Positions 13,862 to 26,894 of a stretch of 64,000 nt of DNA are shown piece after piece. The stretch lies in assembly GCF_006345805.1 (NCBI RefSeq), contig NC_043021.1, forward strand, positions 15,810,001 to 15,874,000, written 5' to 3'. This DNA comes from Octopus sinensis. Lineage: Eukaryota. Below the pieces are notes generated by a model that was given only the letters and a program-made list of their open reading frames with translations, was not told the origin of the DNA and did not search any database. Numbering within the stretch: the stretch's first letter is position 1; each line of letters opens with the position of its first letter. A program made the position numbers and the translations under genes.

Positions 13862-15140
13862 CGGGTGTAGCTGTGTGGAAAGAAGATTGCCTCTCAACCA
13901 CATGGTCCCAGGTTCAAATCCACTGTGTGACAACTTGGGCAAGTGTCTTTTACTATAGCCTCAGGCCAACCAAAGCCTTGTGAGTGGATTAGATAGACAG
14001 AAACTGAAAGAATCCTGGCTGTGTGGTAAGTAAGTTGCTTATCAACCACATGGTTCCGGGTTCAATACCACTGCGTGGCACCTTGGGCAAGTGTCTTCTA
14101 CTATAGCCTCGGGCCAACCAAAGCCTTGTGAGTAGATTTGGTAGACAGAAACTGAAAGAAGCCTGGCTGTGTAGTAAGTAGCTTGCTTATCAACCACATG
14201 GTTCCGGGTTCAGTCCCACTGTGTGGCACCTTGGGCAAGTGTCTTTTACTATAGCCTCAGGCCAACCAAAGCCTTGTGAGTGGATTTGATGGACAGAAAC
14301 TGAAAGAAGCTTGGCTGTGTAGTAAGTAGCTTGCTTATCAACCACATGGTTCTGGGTTCAGTCCCACTGTGTGGCACCTTGGGCAAGTGTCTTCTACTAT
14401 AGCCACGGGCCGACCAAAGCCTTGTGAGTGGATTTGATGGACAGAAACTGAAAGAAGCTTGGCTGTGTAGTAAGTAGCTTGCTTATCAACCACATGGTTC
14501 TGGGTTCAGTCCCACTGTGTGGCACCTTGGGCAAGTGTCTTCTACTATAGCCACGGGCCGACCAAAGCCTTGTGAGTGGATTTGATGGACAGAAACTGAA
14601 AGAAGCTTGGCTGTGTAGTAAGTAGCTTGCTTATCAACCACATGGTTCTGGGTTCAGTCCCACTGTGTGGCACCTTGGGCAAGTGTCTTCTACTATAGCC
14701 ACGGGCGACCAAAGCGTGTGAGTGGATTTGATGGACAGAGAAACTGAAAGAAGCTTGGCTGTGTAGTAAGTAGCTTGCTTATCAACCACATGGTTCTGGG
14801 TTCAGTCCCACTGTGTGGCACCTTGGGCAAGTGTCTTCTACTATAGCCACGGGCGACCAAAGCCTTGTGAGTGGATTTGATGGACAGAAACTGAAAGAAG
14901 CTTGCTGTGTAGTAAGTAGCTTGCTTATCAACCACATGGGTCTGGGTTCAGTCCCACTGTGTGGCACTTGGGCAAGTGTCTTCTACTATAGCCACGGGCC
15001 GACCAAAGCTTGTGAGTGGATTTGGTAGACAGAAACTGAAAGAAGCCCATCATATATATATGTATATATGTGTGTGTGTGTGTGTGTGCTTCCCCCCACC
15101 CACCCCAACATCGCTTGACAACCGAAGCTGGTGTGTTTAT
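13862..15140 (+). repeat. Tandem array (8 x ~148 bp) of a tRNA-derived SINE 5' half, ending in the SINE body
   Basis: Unit starts ~13869, 14017, 14165, 14313, 14461, 14609, 14757, 14904; monomeric copies of the same SINE occur at 57265-57660 and 61712-62100. Confidence 0.9.
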
Positions 15141-15851
15141 GTCCCCGTAACTTAGTACTCATTGTCTCCCATCCTCTCTCTGTCTGTCTCTCTCTCTGTC
15201 TATCTATCTATCTAGCTAGCTGTCTGTCTGTCTCTATCTATGTGTGTGTGTATGTATGTGTGTGTGCACATGTGTCCCTCTATTTATCTGTCACTTTCTG
15301 CCATTGTCTCTCTCTCTCTCTCTCTTTCTCTCTCCCTCCCTCCCTCTCTTCCTCCCTTTCCTCATCTCCCATCACACCCTACAAACACGCCCCACCACAC
15401 CCCACACCCCTTGTCCACAATCAATTGTCACGCCAGTAGTAGCAGAGGCACGGAGGGGGGATACGGGGGAGAGATGAAATTATCACTGCATTGTTTTTTT
15501 TGTTTATTACATGTTGATATTGTTGCAAGAGGAAGAAAGAAGAAAGAGAAAAACAACATTTAAAACCAACACACACACACACGCATGCATGCGCTTACAT
15601 CTGCATACACCCTGGCTTTCGAACATTGAGCTTTCGTCGAATGTGCTTATCGTAAGATAAAGGACAAACATGGCTGAATGTCTACAACGTCGTTAATTAG
15701 TGAAGTGGGTGGCAGGATGAGTTAGCGAAGTGATAACCATTTTATAGTCCTGTTTTGGTTGTGTGTCTACAGGCTCGGCTGTTGTTCTGTGTACACGCAT
15801 ACATGTGTACATATATGCTTGTGAGCATGTGTGTGCATGTATATGTGTATA

Positions 15852-15889
<38 letters not shown>

Positions 15890-15892
<3 letters not shown>

Positions 15893-16412
15893 TTTATTTA
15901 AAGCAGCAGAAAATTCAACAAAACCTGTTACTCTGAGTTTCTCGTGCCGTTCATCGGACAGTTTTTCTAGCAAAAACTGTCGATGAATGGCAACGGGAAA
16001 CTCAGAGTAACAGGTTTTGTTGAATTTTCTGCTGCTTTAAATAAAGCATATTACTCTACCACTGGTATTTGAGTACTCTTTTTTCCACCTTGTTTCACAT
16101 TTATGTGTTTACTCTAGTATATCATCATCATCATCATCATCGTTAGCGTCCGTTTCCATGCTGGCATGGGTTGGAAAATGGACGCTAAACGATGATGATG
16201 ATGATATACCAGAGTAAATACATAAATGTGAAACAAGGTGGAAAAAAGAGTACTCAAATACCAGTGGTAGAGTAATATGCTTATTTAAGCAGAAGAAAAT
16301 TCAACAAAACCTGTTACTCTGAGTTTCCCGTTGCCGTTCATCGGACAGTTTTTCTAGCAAAAACTGTCCGATGAACGGCAACGGGAAACTCAGAGTAACA
16401 GGTTTTGTTGAA
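15890..16412. mobile_element. Nested palindrome of the same element family around a mirrored RTE tail
   Basis: Left arm 15890-16160 mirrors right arm 16175-16412; each arm contains its own hairpin; the centre is (CAT)n...CGTTAGCGTCCG / GGACGCTAAACG...(GAT)n. Confidence 0.8.
16364..16401 (+). ncRNA. Hammerhead-like motif copy
   Basis: CTGT-CCGATGA-ACGGCAACGG-GAAA-CTCAGA-GTA-ACAG; stem II closing pair is mismatched. Confidence 0.5.
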
Positions 16413-16532
16413 ATTATATATATAGTCAAAATAATAAAGGGAAAATAATTAATTAATAGTAATTAATAATTTTACCAAGCAGGGTTCAGTATGTAAAAGG
16501 ACCATTTACGGTAATACTTAAACATTACTTTA

Positions 16533-16806
16533 TATAATTAGGGTTCAGCAAAAAAATTGCTTTACCACATACCGAACTTTTAGAAATAGCAGCCAAAGAA
16601 TTTAGCTATTTCTTCTACTATAAGAAGAGTCTCCCAGACAATGTATACTCAAAAACAATTCCCTCTATGCCTCCATGAATTGTTTTTGAGTATACATTGT
16701 CTGGGAGATTCTTCTTATAGTAGAGGAAATAGCTAAATTCGTTGGCTGCTATTTCTAAAAGTTCGGTGTGTAGTAAAGTAAATTTTTTTGCTGAACCCTA
16801 ATTATA
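16533..16806. repeat. Fold-back palindrome (~270 bp), MITE-like
   Basis: TATAATTAGGGTTCAGCAAAAAA...TTTTTTGCTGAACCCTAATTATA arms with a short loop near 16670. Confidence 0.8.
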
Positions 16807-17003
16807 ATATGTGTGTGTGTGTGTGTGTGTAATATAAATAATATATAAATATATGTATATATACATACATATATGTACATATCTACATATATATGTATAT
16901 ATACATGCACATATGGGCAAAGGACATCAAAAAAACGTTGAACACAATGAGAAATGAAAACATAAAAACAAAAACATAGAACCTAACATTTTTCGAACAA
17001 CGA

Positions 17004-17035
<32 letters not shown>

Positions 17036-17142
17036 GCTTGCATGTGTGTGTATGTATGTATGTTTATGTGTGTGTATACATGCACACACACATATACATA
17101 CATACAAACACACACATACATATATAGTTGCATGTGCACATA

Positions 17143-17179
<37 letters not shown>

Positions 17180-17224
17180 GTGTGTGTGCGCGCGCGCGCA
17201 CGCATGTGTATATAAGGAGGGTGT

Positions 17225-17740
17225 AAATATTCAGAAGGTTGGCTGCAAAAATTTAAGAAGTGTCATGGTGTGAAATATTTGAAAATCTGTGGTGAAAAAG
17301 CTTCTGCAGATTGTGGGAAATTACACAGACGAATTTGCCAAGATCATATCTAATGAAAACCTTTCTCCTGAACAAATTTACAATGCTGATGAAACACTGG
17401 CACTATATTCCAAGAAAAACTTAAACAACGACAGATGAGATAGCACCATCAGGTTTTAAGGATTCTAAGGAAAGGTTAACTATTCTTGGATGTGTTAATG
17501 CTGCAGGCACACACAAGGTGAAGTTAGCAGTCATTGAAAGAAGCCAATGTCTGAGATGTCTGAACAGCAGAGTTAATTTACCTGCGCATTATTACACAAA
17601 CAAGAAAGCATAGGTAACCTAAGAAATATTTTCTCACTGGTTTAATAATCATTTTGTACCAGTGGCATGAGCTCATTGCAGGCAAGCTGAGCTGGAGGAA
17701 AACTGTAAAATTCTATTGTTTCTGGACAACTGCTCTGCTG
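17225..17740 (+). pseudogene. pogo/Tigger-type DDE transposase remnant
   Basis: NLSPEQIYNADET, DSKERLTILGCVNAAGTHKVKLAVI, KILLFLDNCSA, interrupted by stops and frameshifts. Confidence 0.85.
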
Positions 17741-17760
17741 AAGAGTATGACCATCATTGT

Positions 17761-18140
17761 GGAGGCGCAATGGCCCAGTGGTTAGGGCAGCGGACTCGCG
17801 GTCGTAGGATCGCGGTTTCGATTCCCAGACCAGGCGTTGTGAGTGTTTATTGAGCGAAAACACCTAAAGCTCCACGAGGCTCCGGCAGGGGGTGGTGGTG
17901 ATCCCTACTGTACTCTTTCACCACAACTTTCTCTCACTCTTACTTCCTGTTTCTGTTGTACCTGTATTACAAAGGGCCGGCCTTGTCACTCTCTGTGTCA
18001 CGCTGAATATCCCCGAGAACTACGTTAAGGGTACACGTGTCTGTGGAGTGCTCAGCCACTTACACGTTAATTTCACGAGCAGGCTGTTCCGTTGATCGGA
18101 TCAACCGGAACCCTCGTCGTCGTAACCAACGGAGTGCTTC
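17761..18140 (+). mobile_element. tRNA-derived SINE (second family)
   Basis: A box TGGCCCAGTGG, B box GGTTTCGATTCCC; reverse copies at 58255-58640, 34340-34570 and 1-150. Confidence 0.85.
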
Positions 18141-19012
18141 TAACAATGACCATCATTGACAAATTATCTTATCATAAATGTCAGCAATGTCCACACAAAA
18201 ATTACATATATACCTAAGTACAAACATACACATATATAAAACACTTCAAATAAATATCATTCCATCTTCAATATTAACTCTTTCAAGAGCTCTTAATTTG
18301 TAAATCACAGATTCTGCATAGAACCTCTTCAACATTAATCACAAAAAAAGAAAACAAAGACAAAACATCACAGTGTGCACAAATGTCAACAGAAGTTCTT
18401 GCAAATGTAACAATTCACATATTTGCCCACTTAACAATTTAATGCTTCAGGAAATACAAAGTTTACTCCACTAAAGGTATTGCCTAAATAAAATTATTGA
18501 GAGTAAAACTACGCAAGTCTTACCACAAATAAATTTAAAACTTGCCTTACCCAACTCCTACACACATTCAGAAATTCCAGTAAAACAACAGATACTACTC
18601 TAGCTAACCATGTCTGGACTTTAAAAGACTCAAACACATTATTCTGCATCATTTGGGAATTATGAGAAAATTCAGCACCATCTGCATCTCAACATGTACA
18701 ATGTTCACAATTGAAATGCAGGGTTAATCTCTGAAAAACTCATTTCTCATACAAAACTAAACATACCATCATTAATAACACAAAAAACGACACCTTAAAC
18801 ACACATAAACACCTATCACTACGTGGGTAGACAGAATACTCCATCCATTTACCCAGATATCTATATGTCTATTTAGGTGTTTGTAATTCTAGCCACACCC
18901 AACAACTAGTAAATGTATTTGTACATCTTTATGGATACAGCCAGATATGTTCTACCCCTTACCTCTAGCCCTGTATATATGTACATATATACATATATAT
19001 TATATACATGTA

Positions 19013-19043
<31 letters not shown>

Positions 19044-19266
19044 TATCAAACAGACACCAAAGAGACTGATGTTGGTTTGTGGAGGCAAGACTTGTATTTT
19101 TTAGCACTGAACCTTTTTTTATTGATTTTGCTGTTTGTGTATGTATGTATACATGAACACACATCACACATATATATCTATATATAAATGTGTGTGTGTG
19201 TAACATCCATTTGAATTACTCTTTTCCTCATTTTAACAATTATACATGCATGCGTACGTACATACG

Positions 19267-19495
19267 TACGAGGGAGTGCTGAAAACTCCCTGGCTTTGGA
19301 TAAAAGACAATGCAGAAGGATCAGTTAATTATGATTTTGATTCAGCATAGTCCCCACCTTTCTCAGATTCATGCACTTACTGCAGTGGTCCTTCAGTTTT
19401 TCTAAACCCTGTAAAAGAACCTGGAAGGTTGGGCCTCCAACTAGGCTTTCTGTAAAACCCTTAAAGCCAGGAACTTTTCCAGCACCCCCCTCGTA
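19267..19495. mobile_element. mariner-like MITE
   Basis: TACGAGGGAGTGCTGAAAA...TTTTCCAGCACCCCCCTCGTA TIRs, TA-flanked. Confidence 0.75.
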
Positions 19496-19614
19496 CATAT
19501 ACATACTTATATACTGGGATCCTTAGCAAGCTGAGAGAGAAGAAAGATGTTATATGTAAAGAAGCAGTTTATAGGAAGAACACCCAAGAGGGTGGTGGTG
19601 GTGGTAGTAGTAGT

Positions 19615-19648
<34 letters not shown>

Positions 19649-21118
19649 TATTGCCGTTGGTATACTGGTATTCCATCAGTTACATCAATGAGGGTTCCAG
19701 TTGATCCAATCATTGGAACAGCCTGGTTGTGGAATTAACATGCAACTGGCTGAGCACTCCACAGACACGTGTACCCTTAACGTAGTTCTCAGGGAGATTC
19801 AGTGAGACACAGAGTGTGACAAGGCTGGCCCTTTCGAATTACAGGTACCACTCATTTTTGCCAGCTGAGTGGACTGCAGCAACATGAAATGAGGACACAG
19901 CACACTACCAGGAATTGAACTTATGACCTTACAAATGTAAGCCAGATATGCCAACCACTAAGCCATGCACCTTCACTGTTGTTGATACAGTGAGAAAAAC
20001 ACGAAAATAAAAATAGTAAATTTTGTTAGCTTGCTTACCAACCACATGGTTCTGGGTTCAGTCTCACTACATGGTACCTAGGGCAAGTGTCTTCTATAGC
20101 CTTGGGCCAACCAAAGCCCTGTGAGTGGATTTTGGTAGACAGAAACTGAAAGAAGCCCATTGTTGTGTGTGTGTGTGTGTATAGTGAAGGCACATGGCTT
20201 AGTGGTTAGAGCGTCAAGCTTATGATTGTGAGATTGTGATTTCAAATCCGGGACCGGGCTGTGTGTTGTGTTCTTGAGCAAGACACTTTATTTCACGTTG
20301 CTTCCAGTTCACTCAGCTGTAGAAATGAGTTGCGATGTCACAGGTGCCAAGCTGTATTGGCCCCTTTGCCTTTCCCTTGGATAACATTGGTGGCATGGAG
20401 AGGGGAGGCCGGTATGCATGGGCGACTGCTGGTCTTCCATAAACAAACCTACCCAGACTTGTGCCTGAGAAGGTAGCTTTCTAGGTGCAATCCCATGGTC
20501 ACATACTACTATGTTTTAGTAATATAGAGTGCATTCTGTGTTAACATATATTTCTGTGATAGGTTATTTTAGATAACAACAGCCAACTATTTATTTATAT
20601 ATATTTCTTTACTACCCACAAGGGGCTAAACATAGAGGGGACAAACAAGGACAGACAAAGGGATTAAGTCGATTACATCAACCCCAGTGCGAAACTGGTA
20701 CTTTATTTATCGACCCCAAAAGGATGAAAGGCAAAGTCAACCTTGGCGGAATTTGAACTCAGAACGTAATGACAGACGAAATACCTATTTCTTTACTACC
20801 CACAAGGGGCTAAACACAGAGAGGACAAACAAGGACAGACGAACAGATTAAGACGATTATATCGACCCCAGTGCGTAACTGGTGCTTAATTTATCGACTC
20901 TGAAAGGATGAAAAGCAAAGTTGACCTCGGCGGAATTTGAACTCAGAACGTAACGGCAGACGAAATACCGCTAAGCATTTCACCCGGCGTGCTGACGTTT
21001 CTGCCAGTTTGCTGCCAACTCTTTATTTATATAATACCATTTTACACCAGACATGTATCCCCACATCATAGCAATAAGCAACATCAACAATGGTTGAAGT
21101 TTAATAACAGAAACATAT

Positions 21119-21511
21119 TTAATAGTAATCTTCAAAGGTCATGAATCCGTGTCGGTTATGTTGGTGTGTAATACCATGGGTGGCATTTCGCTGCAAGGGA
21201 CCAAACGCAGTCAACACAGGTAAACGGTATGACGAGGTCATGTAGTTTGAATGGCTGTAGAAGTTATCTGGAACTTTCACAATCCTGTTCAGGGCTCGTG
21301 CTCGAAGAGTCTCCGTCTCAGGCTTGTTGTTGACATAGAAACTTTTGTTGACAGGCCAGTCTTTGCCCTCTTTTGTCCATTCACCCACAGATGACACGCC
21401 CACCTGGAAATTGTTGGGTGTCCAGCAAATATCAGGTGCAACGTGACGTGGCCTCATTTCGTCTTTCTTCAGGTGAGGGTCATTGAAGTCATGCCATTTA
21501 TCCATCCATAT
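21119..21511 (-). CDS. Orphan gene A, terminal coding exon
   Basis: tatttgcag|IWMDKWHDFNDPHLKKDEM...HNRHGFMTFEDYY* (130 codons open in unique sequence); minus-strand AATAAA at 21022-21027. Confidence 0.8.
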   Translation of the reverse strand: MWMDKWHDFNDPHLKKDEMRPRHVAPDICWTPNNFQVGVSSVGEWTKEGKDWPVNKSFYVNNKPETETLRARALNRIVKVPDNFYSHSNYMTSSYRLPVLTAFGPLQRNATHGITHQHNRHGFMTFEDYY

Positions 21512-22118
21512 CTGCAAATAATTATTATCATTATCAACATAATCAACACTATTATTATTATTATTGAGTGAGAGAGCAGTGCATGCCATCAAAGTGACAC
21601 TGTGGTAAAATATACGAAGCCCATTACACCCATCATGACTACCCGTCTGATAAGGGCACACCAGGCACATGCATCACAACCATATGTGCGCGACATGGTG
21701 ATCTCATATCAAGATGAACAGCACATGACCTTGCAGGTGGGGCCCAGGTAGGATTTTCTTCTTGTCGAGTAATCCATCCCACTCAAAAGGTCCCTGAATA
21801 AGGATTGTTTAAGGATGTTGAACGAACCACCCATGTTTCCAAAGGTGAATTATCCAAACCTCTAAGAATTCCTTTCAACACACGGCTATGATGCTCCCCC
21901 ACTACTTCTGCATGTGATCAGAGATGCACATATCGCCAGCCACTAAGGGACATGCTCAACTGGTTAAGGTCAAGCAACTGACGAGCAAATCTGTGGTATT
22001 GAGCAGAATATTTGCTGTAGCCTATCTTTTATACCAAGACAAAACAATGTACATGATAACACTTCCAATCAGTTAAGATCAGCAGCCATGAGAGCCACTG
22101 CCTGGTACTGCATCGGGG

Positions 22119-22157
<39 letters not shown>

Positions 22158-23262
22158 TGTTATTAAGGCAGTGAGTTGGCAGAGTCGTTAGCACACCAGG
22201 TGAAATGTTTAGGGGTATTTCCTCTGCCGCTACATTCTCAGTTCAAATTCCGCGAAGGTCAACTTTTCCTGTCATCCTTTTGGGGTTGATAAATTAAGTA
22301 TCAGTGAAACACTGGGAGTCAATGTAGTCAGCTAGTCTCCTCCCCACAAATTCCAGGCCTTGTGCTTTTAGAAGAAAGGATTATTATTATTATTATATTA
22401 TTATTATTATTATTATTAAGGCAGCAAAGTGACAGAATTGTTGTGTGCCACACAAAAAGGCTGAGTGGCATTTCATCCATCTTCACATTCTGAGTTCAAA
22501 TTTCACTGAGGTCAACTATGCCTGTTATTCTTTCGAGGTCGATAAAATAAATTACCAGTTGTGCACTGGAGTTGATATAATCAACTTGCTTTCTCCCATC
22601 AAATTTGCTGCCAAAACTTGAAAGTAGTAGTAGTAGTAGTGGCAGTGGTGGTAGTGGCAGCAGCAGCAGCCGTCCAAGAATTTGAACCTGGAGATCTCCA
22701 TTTCCAGCGACTTCGAGGGCCAGCTCCCAGTGGTGTTGGGCGTCAATGAAGAGCCCTCTCGACTACAACAAGACGACCAAAGTTTTTTTTTCCAAGGTCT
22801 GGTGTCTCCCACCCCTAAACCCTAGACCATCACCTAATCACCCTTACCCGTCTTGTTGCTTTGCAACAACAACAACAACAGCAGCAATAGTAAGGTGGCA
22901 AAAGTGAGAATTGTTAGCATGCCATCTTAGTGTGTGTGTGTGTGTGTGTGTGTGTTAGTATCTAATTGAGGAATGATTACTCAATAGTTGGAAGTACAGT
23001 GTAAACATTTACTATATCAACATCTCTTCATACCGGTACCCAAGGTTTCCTGCCAGCAGAGTTAAACTACTGATATTCCTTCAGTCAGCAAATGATGTGA
23101 CTGTAAACCAACAGAAACAAAAAAATATTGTAGCTTTATTCGCTGCTAAATAATAAAGATTTCGTGCATAGATGCAAGGTTTTCAAAGGAGATGGGGTTT
23201 TAATCCATTACATAATTCATTTGATAAGACTAAAAGCAAAGATTAGAAACTGCAATATTTAC

Positions 23263-23314
23263 TTGGTATGAGTTCTTGGAATTTGAGCCTGTGAATTTCT
23301 TTGGTCGAAATGGA
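23263..23314 (-). CDS. Orphan gene A, coding exon 2
   Basis: cgttttcag|(S)PFRPKKFTGSNSKNSYQ|GTAAAT; phase 2-0 links exons 1 and 3. Confidence 0.75.
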
Positions 23315-23760
23315 CTGAAAACGTTAAGAAATTGAATGTTGAGGATGAAACGAGGAAATCCAATAGGAAAAAGGATGTGAAACTTATTTTATAATATTTG
23401 CAATCAACAGACAGATAGATACATAGACAGACATAGAGATGCATGCGTACATATTTAGATACATAAGTAAATAGGCAGATAAACAGTTAAATAGATATTT
23501 TCTGTTTTGATACAAGATAATCTTTCCTGCATGCAAAACACACACACATACATACACACATGTTTGTTCATATATATACAAATTTATATATATATATATA
23601 TATATATCACATACACATTTTATATATATATATTATATATATATATATCACATACATATTTTATGTATATATATATATATATATATATATTATATCACAT
23701 ACATATTTTATGTATATATATATATCACATACACATTTTATGTATATATATATATCACAT

Positions 23761-23814
<54 letters not shown>

Positions 23815-24002
23815 TAGATATATATATGTATGCATGCACACATAATATATATATTGAGAAAGAAAGAGAAAAAGAGACAAGTGAGCAGTGAGAGATGCAT
23901 ACTTCCCTATACAAAACATGCACGGTGATATAAAAATGAGGAAGAGAAAATATTAGAGGAATATCAACCAAGATATAATTAGAAGTGGTTTTATTTCTTC
24001 AC

Positions 24003-24106
24003 CTTAACATTTCCTCCACTGTAATATATCTTGGTACGAGGGGCGGCAGATTTCTCCAGTACGGAATCCGTCGGGATGTATTGCTATGAAACAGTGTATT
24101 AGCCAT
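24003..24106 (-). CDS. Orphan gene A (182 aa), coding exon 1
   Basis: ttttttgcag acceptor (exon starts 24113), ATG at 24106, MANTLFHSNTSRRIPYWRNLPPLVPRYITVEEML(S)|GTGAAG; phase 2. Confidence 0.75.
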
Positions 24107-24890
24107 GACAATACTGCAAAAAATAAATAACAATTCCATTAATTACATTAATTAAATATATTGATAATTATGTCAAAAGAACTTCGTAACTTTCTAAGAC
24201 ATGTAATATATCGTTTTAAATGTCTGAACTCAAAAGAGAAAAGCTACAAGTAATGCCTGTGGACAGTCTTTGATTTTTTCACTCCAAAGGGTTTCTTTAA
24301 CGTGATAGTTATATATTATTATTATTTATAGCTTTATCTACTTCGATATTAACTGTTAAAAATGAGTTATTACAAATAGTAACATCAACACAAAATAGTG
24401 ATGAAGAATAAACAAACTTTAGATTAAAATGTATTTGTGACATATTTTAACTTCTAAAGGTAAATTCACTGCAGTTACTGAAAAGAAAAATTCTCTCTTA
24501 TGGTAAAAGATGTAAAAGCACTAATGTCTGCTCCAGTGCTTCCTTCTAGTGGATTCTTTAGCCTTCTTCAATGAGAAGCACGGAATAGAGAAAATTTTTA
24601 ATAATTAGGTTGTCAGAATGTAGAAACTTTGAGAAACAAGAAAAAAACCATTTTCCACACACACACACATACACAGAGTAAATAGGTAATTTTTTTAAAA
24701 ACCGAAAACAATACAAGTTATAAAAGATTACTAGCTGACTTCTCTGTTCTCATACAAAACTCAGCTTCCCCCGCCGATGCTCAAACGATTCTGTCAATCC
24801 ACGGTGCTGTCCAAATCGTGATTAAGACAACAAGTAAATACATTATCTGTGGCAGTTGCTCCTGTACCCTCGAGAACGTTGGACAGCAAC

Positions 24891-25716
24891 GTGACGTCAC
24901 AGGTTTTTTTGTTGGTTGCGGCCTTCTCTGCATTTCGGCCATGTTGTATTGGCCTCTCTCATGTCGGTTACCATTGTCAAGGCGCCACGAAGTTTGCAGT
25001 CTTCTTCTCTTTCTTTTTTTCCTTCCACCAGCGTCCATTTAAAACCTGAATTAGAATGGCATTGTTCTTGGTAGCCGTAGTAAGCGACCTGCTAGTTTTA
25101 ATCTTCGTTGTTATGATATCGCCAAGGGGTCGGTCCCTTGTGATGGCTCCCTTTACACTGTCTTCGTTGGTTATATGTAAACACAACCGCAAAATAACAA
25201 TGGAAGCACATAATGTAAATAAACAATCTAGATTTAACGTTCAGTGATTAAAATCTAAAAAAAAAAAAACATACACTCCACAAACCTCGTCTTTCTATAT
25301 TTCTCTTTTTCTTTCTTTCTTTCTTTTCTATTCCCGAAATTTACAACAATGAAATATGACAATTTCCTCTAACTGCGGTGAAACTTTCAAATTACTTGAA
25401 AAGTCTTGTGAGAGTGACGTCCACCTGAGTTGTCTAATCACTATGGCAACAATAAAACAAATAGCGATGCTAAGCAAGACATATGAGAGTGGCCTCCCTT
25501 CGTTTCCTTTTTTTTTTTTTTAGCTATTTTTTTTCAATGCCTTGGTAACGGAGAGATAAACAAACAAAGCAATAAATAAAGAAATTTTAGTGTATATCAA
25601 CATACACACGTGCAGGTTGGGCATAACTGCAGATTGTTCGATGTTCTATTTTCTGTATGGTGTGTAAGAGATATTGGTAGGTATTTTAATGGATTTTTAC
25701 TTTGAATTTTATTATG

Positions 25717-25763
<47 letters not shown>

Positions 25764-26246
25764 TATTATTATTTATTTTGTGTTTAGTCAGGACGACGTG
25801 CAGCGGTAATACCGAGCTGGCAGAAACGTTAGCACGCCGGGCGAAATGCTTAGCGGTATTTCGTCTGCGTTACGTTCTGAGTTCAAATTCCGCCGAGGTC
25901 GACTTTGCCTTTCATCCTTTCGGGGTCGATAAATTAAGTACCAGTTACGCACTGGGGTCGATGTAATCGACTTAATACCTATGTCTGTCCTTGTTCGTCC
26001 GCTCTGTGTTTAGCCCCTTGTGGGTAGTAAAGAAATAGGTAATACCGACTCAGTTATTACAACAGATTTTAAATGTACTTCTAACGAATGCATGAAGTGA
26101 ACATATTGCAGTTTTACAGAAGACACATTTTACGCGCACACACACGCGCATACATCCGTGTGTGTGTGTGTGTGTGTTGTGTGTGTGTGTGTGCGTATAT
26201 TGCAGCTTTACAGAACACAAATTCTACGCACGCGCACACACATATC

Positions 26247-26287
<41 letters not shown>

Positions 26288-26606
26288 ATGCGTGTGTGTG
26301 TGCGTGTATATCCGTGTGTGTGTGTGTGTACGTGTGTGTGTGTGTGCGTGTTTGCGTGTGTGTGCGTATATATCCGTGTGTGTGTGTGTGTGTGTGTGTG
26401 TTGTGTGTGTGCGTATAGCACAGTATCGACTAGAACATCAGATGCTATTATACACCGCTAGTCACAATGCACTTCTAATTCTGTCTTGATTGTGCCATTT
26501 CCTCCCCCACCCCACCCCCACCTTGATCCAAACTGCTTAACTAAATCCGACACCTTTATAGCTTGGCCGGATCTGCCAAGGCGTAACGACCCGCTACCAT
26601 AGCAAC
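24891..26606. promoter_or_regulatory. Putative promoter region with RFX X-box-like and CRE motifs upstream of orphan gene A
   Basis: TGACGTCA at 24892-24899; GTTACCATTGTCAA at 24967-24980; half-sites ATGGCAAC (25443-25450) and TGGTAAC (25543-25549); GCTACCATAGCAAC at 26593-26606. 24.8-25.2 kb is locally CpG-rich unique sequence. Confidence 0.5.
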
Positions 26607-26798
26607 CAAACAACCATTCCCGTTGTTACACCGCTACGAAGTGTTTTAGTTGGATTTCGCAATATACAAACACACACACACATATATATTATATATATAT
26701 ATTATATATGTATGTATACACACACATATGTATGTATATATATATATATTATATATGTATGTATACACACACATATGTATGTATATATATATATAATA

Positions 26799-26842
<44 letters not shown>

Positions 26843-26862
26843 TGTGTGTGTGTGTGTGTGTG

Positions 26863-26894
<32 letters not shown>

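Noticed and set aside
13862-15050. CRISPR-like regularity
   Set aside because: Units are contiguous SINE copies with no unique spacers, in a eukaryotic context.
17761-17835. tRNA gene calls for SINE heads
   Set aside because: A/B boxes run directly into SINE bodies present in many diverged copies; I could not fold an intact cloverleaf.
24781-25038. 85-aa ORF MDAGGRKK... with a hydrophobic C-terminus
   Set aside because: It overlaps CRE and X-box motifs and has no strong in-frame donor to gene A; better read as promoter or 5' UTR, although a uORF cannot be excluded.
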